NCBI GenBank assembly: GCA_045651925.1
Contig: JAZRTJ010000084.1
Coordinates: 12,286-76,285 of the forward strand
Length of the DNA: 64,000 bases
Source of the DNA: Candidatus Spyradenecus sp.
GTDB lineage: Bacteria > Verrucomicrobiota > Verrucomicrobiia > Opitutales > UBA953
Direction: 5' to 3'
In this document: positions 56,973 to 64,000 of the stretch, piece after piece
Position numbering within the stretch: position 1 is the stretch's first letter
Layout of the letters: the number at the start of each line of letters is the position of its first letter
Translations under genes and position numbers: made by a program
The notes under the pieces: generated by a model
Told to the model about the DNA's origin: nothing
The model's database searches: none
Seen by the model: only the letters and a program-made list of their open reading frames with translations

Positions 56973-57347
56973 TTATCCGACGACTTCCGTGTCGGTCGCG
57001 GGGGTTGCGTTTTCGGCTTTTTCCGCGTCGCAACAGCATTCGCACTCGGTCGGAATACCGAGCTTTTCCTCGATGGCCTTGAGGCGTTTGCTGATGGCGC
57101 AGACCTGTTCCTGCGTGGCGAAGGGCCATTTCTTACCGAGAGCCTCCGCTTTGTTCGAAAAATCGCAGCGGGCCTTTTCCCAGTTTTCTTCGCCTACCTT
57201 GGAGGCTTTTTCAAAGAATTCCTTTGCGTCTGCGGCGGAAATTTTTCCCTTGGCGACCCAATCGCCGAGCACTTTTTCGATGGCTTCTTTGGAGAGCGTT
57301 GCGGCGCCGAGGCCGGCGTAGAGTGTTTTTTTGAATGTGTCGAACAT
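56973..57347 (-). CDS. Phasin-like / PHA-granule-associated small protein
   Basis: KKTLYAGLGAATLSKE...WVAKGKIS..DAK pattern; upstream of the ABC1 kinase gene. Confidence 0.6.
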   Translation of the reverse strand: MFDTFKKTLYAGLGAATLSKEAIEKVLGDWVAKGKISAADAKEFFEKASKVGEENWEKARCDFSNKAEALGKKWPFATQEQVCAISKRLKAIEEKLGIPTECECCCDAEKAENATPATDTEVVG

Positions 57348-57398
57348 GGTTTTCCTTTCTTTGCGTGGGTTAAATTTTACTAAAAGCGTCGCGAGACC

Positions 57399-58199
57399 TT
57401 ACTTTTTGTTTTTGTTTACGTCCTGACGCTCGATTTCCGTGGCAATCGTGTCGGGCGTGCCGAGGGTGAAAAGCAGGCCGCCGAGGCCGCTGACCGTAAT
57501 TTGTTCATTGAGGCGGACGAGCTCGCCGGCTTTTACGGCATCAGCCCATTCCTTGCTCGGGGTTTCGGAGCTTAGGCCGATAAAGACCTTATCGTTCAGC
57601 GTTTTTGAAATTTCCGAAGCGAATTTTCCCAGATAGCGGAAATCTTTGCGTTCCCGCAGGTAGTAGATATTGAAAAGCTTGTAAAATTCTTCGACTTCGG
57701 CGGCGTCGGGCAGGCGGAACTCGATGGTCTTCGCGTGGGTCGTGTGCGGGTAGGTTTTGACGACGAGGTATTCCGCGAGGTCCGTGACGTTGGATTTCGT
57801 CGCCTTGTTAAGCGTGTTTTTCAGGCGCGTTTTGGCGTTGCCGTACTGGGGAATTTTTTGGGCGATGCGCAGCGGGTCGAATTCTTCCATCGCGTAGATG
57901 CGGACTTGGCCCGGCATGTTTTCGAAATCGATGGTCATTTCCGTGATGTACTGCGGCGGGGTGCTGACGCGGGTGCTTTCCGTCGCCTGAGACGAAACGT
58001 ATTTCTGCAGGGAAACGTGTGTGATTTTGCGTGCGTCCTTGCAATAGAAACTCTGGTAGGGCTCTTGAATTTCAATTCCGAATGCGTTCTGCGGGAGCTT
58101 GGCCGCAGACACCGTTACCGCCTCCGCGAGAGACGGGAGAAGCAGGGCCGGACACAGGCATAGGAGAGCTTTCGAAACGAAGGGCAGGGGCTTTCTCAT
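57399..58199 (-). CDS. Hypothetical exported protein
   Basis: Signal peptide ending LAEA; VVKTYPHTTHAKTIEFR motif; no family recognised. Confidence 0.65.
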   Translation of the reverse strand: MRKPLPFVSKALLCLCPALLLPSLAEAVTVSAAKLPQNAFGIEIQEPYQSFYCKDARKITHVSLQKYVSSQATESTRVSTPPQYITEMTIDFENMPGQVRIYAMEEFDPLRIAQKIPQYGNAKTRLKNTLNKATKSNVTDLAEYLVVKTYPHTTHAKTIEFRLPDAAEVEEFYKLFNIYYLRERKDFRYLGKFASEISKTLNDKVFIGLSSETPSKEWADAVKAGELVRLNEQITVSGLGGLLFTLGTPDTIATEIERQDVNKNKK

Positions 58200-58304
58200 A
58201 CGGGAAGAATTTTGTTGGAAGGTTCCGCCGAGTGCAATTATGAATTTTGCGTGCGGGAAACTCTCCCGTTGATTCGGCGCATTCCTTGGTTTAGGTTTTA
58301 GGCA

Positions 58305-60314
58305 ATGCGTTTTTATACTCGTAATTGGTTACCCCTCGGCTGTTGCTTGTTGGCTGTTTTGGCGAGTGCTCGGGACGACGCTCCCGTGCCGGCGGCGGAT
58401 TCGGCTCCGGCAGAATTCGTCTCTAAATGCGCCAAGGCCGAACGCATTATCAGAGGGCGGGAGGAAAGCGAAATCGCCGAGCGCCTCAACGAGATTGTGC
58501 CGACGCCGGAAAATCCCTTTACGACGGAAATCGCGGTCCAGCGTCCGACAAAACTGAAGATGATTGTGCGCCGCATTTCGGAGAACGAACGCCGCAAGGT
58601 GGACAAGGCGGCGGAAGCGGCCGAGCGCAAAAGGCTTTTGGAGGAGAAAAAACGGGCAGCCGAGGAACGCCGGGCCGAACGGCAGGCGCGTTCCTGGATG
58701 CTTTTCGACGAGCGGGAAAAAGAAGACGCCAAGCGCCGCGAAGCTTTGGAAAAGATGAAAAAGGAGCAGGAGGAAAAGGATCAGCAGCAGGAGGATTTCC
58801 GCAAATTCGTCGAACTGCCGGCGCAATCGGTTTTCAAGCACGCGGCATCGGAATTTTTCCCGGGAGCCGTGCCCGAGAGCATTCAGCGCGTGAACAAAGC
58901 TTTTAAGACGGATAACGAGATTCGCGATTGGCAGTGCACCGGCGTTTATGCGCCGCCCGGGGAGATTATCCGCGTGCACGTTTCGTCGGCGGCCATCGGG
59001 ACCGGCTACCGCATTCGCATCGGTACGCATGAAGACAATTTGCTGGAAGGCCGGAAGAAAAACTATTGGCACCGCTTTCCGACGATCGTGCGGGAATTTG
59101 ACGTCGGCAATTCCACGGTCGAAATCGCGAATCCCTTCGGCGGGATGATTTATGTTTACGCACCGGCTCCGCCGGCACGCAGTAAACTTTCCTCGTCCTC
59201 GCAACGCCGCGTGCCCCGCTACGCCCGTTTCCAGTTTATCGGCGTCGTCGAGGCCCCGTATTTCGAGCTCGGCGAAACCAAGCCGGCGGAATGGTTGCAC
59301 CTGCGCAATGCTCCCGCGCCTTGGGCCCATCTCGCGGGCAAATATTTCATCGCGACCGTGCCGTCCTCCGCCGTGAGAAAAATCGAAAATCCTCAGAAAC
59401 TCGTCGAGTTTTGGGATAAAATTATCGAAGGCCTCGACAAGCTCTCCGGGCGCGAAAAACGTAATAAAAATGCGCCGCGGGAATGCATTGTCTTCGACGT
59501 CGATTCCGTCGGATTTGCCGGCCACGAGGGCGATACCATCGTCCTGCCGCTCGAACTCGTAAAAACTTTCGTCGATTTGGATTACGTCCGCAAACACGGC
59601 TCGTGGGGACTGTTTTTCTACCTCGCGAAAAACCGCGTGAGAGCCGAGTGGACGCTCAACGGAAATACGGATGCTCCGGCGGCATTGCTTGCCCTGTATT
59701 GCATGGAGCAGGTGACGGAACGTAAAGCGCATACGTTCTTTAACGCCAAGGCGCTCCAGTCGTCGGCACTGACGCATCCGGATGCGGCGGGGACGCCGGA
59801 AATCATCGGCGCCTATTTGGCTCCGCTCGAAGCCTTCGGATGGGAGCCGCTCTTCAAAGCGTTCGACGTTTACAACAACAAGAAACGCCCGCTGACCGAG
59901 ACGGAGCTCGACAAGGCGGAAACCTTCGTCACCGTGTGGTCGCGCGCCGCCAAGACGAATCTCGGGCCTTATTTCGAAAAATTCGGAATCGAATATTCCA
60001 AGCGCCTGCAAATGCGCCTCGAGAAGCTGAAAAAGTTTTCTCCGCAGCGCTTTCCGCCGGCACTCGGCTTGGAAAAACCGAGCGAAGACTGCTTCCGCGG
60101 CGACGTGCCTTTGGGCAGTGTTGCGATTTTCTTCAGCGATTATTTCCCGCCGGAACAGACGGAAGAGGAATTCGTCAGCCTCGAGGAATTCACGGAAGAA
60201 CCCGAAGAACCTGCGGAAGATTCCGGGGAATCGGAAACTCTCGAAGATGCGGAGGAAGCGGAGGACGGCGGGGCTGCCGACCCCAGAGTTTTCGGAGAAA
60301 AAATACGCGTATGA
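58305..60314 (+). CDS. Secreted peptidase M60/enhancin-like protein lacking the HEXXH motif
   Basis: TGVYAPPGE, ANPFGGMIY, APYF, APWAHL, FWDKII (M60 N and catalytic domains). WGLFFYLAKN occupies the WGxxHExGH position. Confidence 0.75.
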   Translation: MRFYTRNWLPLGCCLLAVLASARDDAPVPAADSAPAEFVSKCAKAERIIRGREESEIAERLNEIVPTPENPFTTEIAVQRPTKLKMIVRRISENERRKVDKAAEAAERKRLLEEKKRAAEERRAERQARSWMLFDEREKEDAKRREALEKMKKEQEEKDQQQEDFRKFVELPAQSVFKHAASEFFPGAVPESIQRVNKAFKTDNEIRDWQCTGVYAPPGEIIRVHVSSAAIGTGYRIRIGTHEDNLLEGRKKNYWHRFPTIVREFDVGNSTVEIANPFGGMIYVYAPAPPARSKLSSSSQRRVPRYARFQFIGVVEAPYFELGETKPAEWLHLRNAPAPWAHLAGKYFIATVPSSAVRKIENPQKLVEFWDKIIEGLDKLSGREKRNKNAPRECIVFDVDSVGFAGHEGDTIVLPLELVKTFVDLDYVRKHGSWGLFFYLAKNRVRAEWTLNGNTDAPAALLALYCMEQVTERKAHTFFNAKALQSSALTHPDAAGTPEIIGAYLAPLEAFGWEPLFKAFDVYNNKKRPLTETELDKAETFVTVWSRAAKTNLGPYFEKFGIEYSKRLQMRLEKLKKFSPQRFPPALGLEKPSEDCFRGDVPLGSVAIFFSDYFPPEQTEEEFVSLEEFTEEPEEPAEDSGESETLEDAEEAEDGGAADPRVFGEKIRV

Positions 60315-61072
60315 GTGCGGATTGTATGAAAAAACCGGCCTGTGCCGTTTTGCTTGCCGGCGGCTCCGGAACGCGGATGCGCGGGACGGTGGACGACAAA
60401 ATTTTTGCACGTTTGGCGGGCGAGGCGGTGCTTGCGCACGTCATTCGCAGTTTCCGCGAAAGCGGCATCGCGGAGACTCTCGTTTTCGTCTGTCGCGATG
60501 AGGCTCAGGAAGACGCCGTTCGCACGGAGTTGTGCAAGCTTGAAGCCCGGGAGGCGTTCGCAAATATCGTGTTTTGTCGCGGCGGAAAGGAACGGCGCGA
60601 TTCCGTACTGAACGGCCTGCGTGCGGCTAAATCGGCCGGCATCGCGGAAGATGCCGTTGTGCTGATTCACGACGCGGCGCGCCCGCTTGTTTCGGCGGCG
60701 TCCCTGCGGGAGGTTTACGAAACGGCCTTGCGCGAAGGGGCCGCCGTGCTTGCCCATCGCTGCGTGAATACGGTCAAGCGTGTGCCAGTGGGCACGTGTC
60801 CGGGAACGGCCTCCGAAACGGAAGACCTGGACCGCGGAAGACTGTGGGAAACGGAAACGCCGCAGGCTTTCCCGCTGGGAAAAATTCTACTCGCCTATGA
60901 GCGCGTTTGCGCCGAAGACCTTACGGTGACGGACGATGTTTCCGCTTTCGCCGTTGCGCTCGACGGGCGGGTGGCGCTCGTGGAAAATCTTTCGCCGAAT
61001 CTCAAGATTACCGCGCCCGCCGACCTCGTTCTTGCCGAAGCGATTTTAAATTTGTCCGCTCGCGCGTCATAG
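60311..61072 (+). CDS. ispD: 2-C-methyl-D-erythritol 4-phosphate cytidylyltransferase
   Basis: LLAGGSGTRM, DKIF, GGKERRDSVLNGL, LIHDAARP, ETPQAF, TDD, NLKITAPADL. Confidence 0.92.
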   Translation: MSADCMKKPACAVLLAGGSGTRMRGTVDDKIFARLAGEAVLAHVIRSFRESGIAETLVFVCRDEAQEDAVRTELCKLEAREAFANIVFCRGGKERRDSVLNGLRAAKSAGIAEDAVVLIHDAARPLVSAASLREVYETALREGAAVLAHRCVNTVKRVPVGTCPGTASETEDLDRGRLWETETPQAFPLGKILLAYERVCAEDLTVTDDVSAFAVALDGRVALVENLSPNLKITAPADLVLAEAILNLSARAS

Positions 61073-61171
61073 ATTGCCCGTCACGGGAGGATTGCCGCTT
61101 TCTCGTTTGTGGTGGAGAAAACTTTAGATTTTTTGGTGGACATTGTTTCTTTTGTGTTCAGACTTTAGTGC

Positions 61172-64000
61172 ATGAAGTTGCTCGTCTCTCTTTTTCTTTT
61201 CGCATTGTTTACTGCTGCCCATCTTGAGCTGCGTGCGGATGTTTCCCGAAAAGATTTGTGGATTGAGGCGCTTGTTGCCGACGAATCGGGAAATTCCCGG
61301 CAGAGTTTGGAGGCGGCGACAAAGCTTTTGTCGGTGGCTGCGGAAAATCCTCTTGAGTATGTCCTCGCCGCGGAATTGTATGCGCGGGCGCTTGTAAAGG
61401 CGGAGCAATCGGGCAAACGCCGCTATTTACGGGTGGAGGCTCTACGGGAAGCTCTGAAAAACGCTCCGGATGAACCGGCGAAAGCTTTGTTGGAAGTCAA
61501 ACTGGCTTGGGAATATGCCGAACTTGCCGAAAGCAGTTATTCGCGGTCTTCGGGGAAAAGCGATTCTACAGCCGCGCTTCCTGTGAATCTTGAAGAATGG
61601 AACGCATCTCAGTTCCGGCGTGCGGCAGTGGAGCACTATGACGTCGTGCTTTCAAAATATGCTTCTGCTCTGCAGAAAACGCCGATTGATGCGCTCAAGG
61701 CTCCGGAAATTCTTTGTAAAGAGGATCGGGAAAAAGTTTTCCCCGGGAGGCGTAAGGGGGAAAAGCGAAAATTGCTTAAAGACGTTAGCTTTGAAATCCT
61801 GAATTTGAATAGTGCTTCGGCAGCGGAATTTCCGACCTTATACGATTTCATTGCCCACGATGCGGGAAAATTCTACGAAGTACTTTCAGGGCAGGTCCTT
61901 GGGCAGGAAAAAGAGGTGTTGCCTGATTCGGAAACCTTGCTGGCGTCACCGAAAGAGTTTTTGGAGAGAGTCGAAGCCGAGGCCGCAAGAAAGTCGGATT
62001 ATAAATGGCGGACGCTTCGGATTTTATGTGAGAGAACGCGCTTCCACTTGTCCGATACGGACTCCTCCGCGCTTGCGCGGGTGACACTTGAACGCATTTT
62101 CTTCGTTCAAAAGGAATTTCGCGAAAGTGTTCCCGAAGAACTGGATGCGCTTTTTGAATTTATCGGCTCCTATGAAAATGCGTGGCTTCCGCGTGTATCG
62201 CACGAAAGGCAAAATATAAAACACAGACTTTCGAGGAAGCAGGGATTGCCGCTTGGCTTTGAGGCTGCGTTGACGCGTTTTATCGCCGACTATGAATCTT
62301 TGCCGGTTGCGGCGGAAGCGGTTGAGATTTTGGCGCGTTTTTATATCGCTAACGGGCGCGAAGTTGAAGCGGAATCGCTTCTCAAAAAGGCGATTGCTGC
62401 GCATGGGAATTGCGTTAATGCGGAAGGGTGCAAGCAGCTTTTGGAGCAACTCGAAAGCCCTGTGCTCTGGCCGTTGGTGCTCCCGCGGAATTGGGTAAGT
62501 TCCGAGCCGGTGGATTTCCATGTTGTCGCTAAAAATGTCAGTCAGATTCGCTTACGCGCCGTTGCCGTCGATTGGCGAAAGTATTTCCGGGGAGAATTGG
62601 GACAATTTATTCGTAAGTTTGGCGCCGGAGCTCTGGTGGCGGACAAAGTACGCGAATTGCAGGTTCCGCTGAATGCTGAAAAGAATTTTCGGGAGACGGT
62701 TTATCGCGAGAGTATCCCCGCCGGATTTTTGTCTCCGGGATTCTACCTTGTTTTTGTCGCTTACAATGACGAAGCGTTTGAGCGTCACCCTTTGCCTGTT
62801 TGGGTGAGCGATCTTGCCGTTGTTACTGAGGCGGGACATGCCTGTGCGGGAGCGCATTCGGGGCGGGAAGGGTTTGAGTTGCGCGTCGTCAACGCAGTTA
62901 CGGGAGCTCCGCTTGAAGGCGCGAAGGTTTTTGTGCGAGAGAAAAAACATTCTGTCGGCGATTGGGTCGATACTCCCGCCGGGAAAACAGACAAGCTGGG
63001 AGAGGCAATCGTTCCCGGCGTTGCTCCGGATTGCGGCTCGGTTCTTGTCGTTGAAGCAAAACTTCCGCGGAAAGAACGACACGTGCATCGTCCTTCCGAA
63101 TATTTTAAACCTGTTTTGGAGTCTCAAGAGGATCTTCGCCCGAGTTTTGTCGGGAATCCGGAAGATGCGCAAGCGGACGACGATGCATACGAGACGCATG
63201 TTACCGCGATTGAGCGGATTGGAAGTATTTATGATCCCTCAAGCATCGGCGTTTCGACGGCAAAGCCCGTTGAGCTTGCCGTTTTCGCCGATCGTGATTT
63301 TTTACGTCCCGGGGAAACACTTGCGTTCAAAGGAATTGTTTTTCGTGAACAGGGCGGCGGACATCCCGCACCGGAGCTTTTTGTCGGTAAAAAAATAGCC
63401 GTTTCGCTCAAATGCCTAAAAAACGGGAGATTCGAGGAAATGGTGAAGACCGAACCGGTTTCCAATGAATTTGCTTCATTTTCCGGAAGCTTGAAAATCC
63501 CGGAGGATGCGGATTGCGGGGAGTGGCTTTTGGTTGCGGAATGTGTCGAGGGCAAACACATATCGTCGAATACGAAAATTTACGTCGGAGAAAATTGGAG
63601 AACTGCTCCGAAACTTGAAATTCTTAAAGCGGATTTTCCGCAGAGGCTCGGCGGGAAAGTCGTGGCAAAAATTGCGGGAAGGGCGCCGGACGGAACGGCG
63701 CTTGCGGGCGCTCACGTGCATTGGCGGGTCAGGGAAAAGCGAGTCGGAGTCAAAGCCGATTGCGCGCATGGCGACGGCGTACTGGATGAAAACGGGAGCT
63801 TGGAAATTTCATGGGAAACGGAGCCGCGGGAGCTTTCGACGGCGGAAAATGAAGGGACTGTACCTGAAAGCTGCCTATTCACGGAGTTTAATGTTTCTGC
63901 GGAGACGACTCTTCCCGACGGGAAAATTTTATCCGCGGAAAAGGAACTTGCTTTCGGAAACAGAAGCTTCAATTTGATCGCGAGCCATCGGAATTGGTCT
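61172..64000 (+). CDS. Bacterial alpha-2-macroglobulin family protein, 5' part (runs off the window)
   Basis: Manual translation from ATG 61172 stays open to the end of the window. Signal peptide MKLLVSLFLFALFTAAHLELRA; MG-domain motifs FADRDFLRPGETLAFKGIV and NEFASFSGSLKIP. Confidence 0.8.
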   Translation, partial: MKLLVSLFLFALFTAAHLELRADVSRKDLWIEALVADESGNSRQSLEAATKLLSVAAENPLEYVLAAELYARALVKAEQSGKRRYLRVEALREALKNAPDEPAKALLEVKLAWEYAELAESSYSRSSGKSDSTAALPVNLEEWNASQFRRAAVEHYDVVLSKYASALQKTPIDALKAPEILCKEDREKVFPGRRKGEKRKLLKDVSFEILNLNSASAAEFPTLYDFIAHDAGKFYEVLSGQVLGQEKEVLPDSETLLASPKEFLERVEAEAARKSDYKWRTLRILCERTRFHLSDTDSSALARVTLERIFFVQKEFRESVPEELDALFEFIGSYENAWLPRVSHERQNIKHRLSRKQGLPLGFEAALTRFIADYESLPVAAEAVEILARFYIANGREVEAESLLKKAIAAHGNCVNAEGCKQLLEQLESPVLWPLVLPRNWVSSEPVDFHVVAKNVSQIRLRAVAVDWRKYFRGELGQFIRKFGAGALVADKVRELQVPLNAEKNFRETVYRESIPAGFLSPGFYLVFVAYNDEAFERHPLPVWVSDLAVVTEAGHACAGAHSGREGFELRVVNAVTGAPLEGAKVFVREKKHSVGDWVDTPAGKTDKLGEAIVPGVAPDCGSVLVVEAKLPRKERHVHRPSEYFKPVLESQEDLRPSFVGNPEDAQADDDAYETHVTAIERIGSIYDPSSIGVSTAKPVELAVFADRDFLRPGETLAFKGIVFREQGGGHPAPELFVGKKIAVSLKCLKNGRFEEMVKTEPVSNEFASFSGSLKIPEDADCGEWLLVAECVEGKHISSNTKIYVGENWRTAPKLEILKADFPQRLGGKVVAKIAGRAPDGTALAGAHVHWRVREKRVGVKADCAHGDGVLDENGSLEISWETEPRELSTAENEGTVPESCLFTEFNVSAETTLPDGKILSAEKELAFGNRSFNLIASHRNWS

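Noticed and set aside
61072-64000. Apparent gene-free or pseudogene region implied by only short ORFs in the track
   Set aside because: Manual translation shows one uninterrupted plus-strand frame from 61172 to the window end.

Overview
This is a GC-rich bacterial chromosomal window, most likely from Verrucomicrobiota (Opitutales-like). That assignment is an inference from the PEP-CTERM sorting signals and gene style. Most of it is housekeeping and envelope genes: OmpA/Pal lipoprotein, ABC transporter, acyP, queD/queE, ppdK, a TerC fusion, tRNA-CAT, oleC, DAHP synthase, hisF/G/C, a type II secretion cluster (gspG-H-I-J-K-L-M-D), a PyNP homolog, tgt, folK, a GH2 beta-galactosidase, pyrE, leuA, ispD and the 5' part of an alpha-2-macroglobulin gene. 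The most striking non-gene structure is a family of small repeat elements. A four-helix-bundle gene sits between queD and queE, bounded by 33-bp inverted arms built from 7-nt units. Orphan arms of the same and related heptamer families recur at an accessory hotspot (about 880-6110). That hotspot also holds a multi-hairpin repeat with fixed-length variable loops, a 532-bp TIR/TTAA-bounded MITE-like element, a PEP-CTERM adhesin gene bracketed by inverted repeats, and a toxin-antitoxin pair. Protein-level oddities include PPDK fused to a histone H1-like tail, TerC fused to a HAD domain, a PyNP and an M60 peptidase that have both lost catalytic motifs, a PEP-CTERM IdeS/Mac protease, a Leu-rich leader peptide before leuA, and a three-gene secreted operon sharing an unrecognised helical domain. 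No CRISPR array, integrase, transposase or reverse transcriptase was found. All family calls come from motif recognition by eye; no database searches were run.
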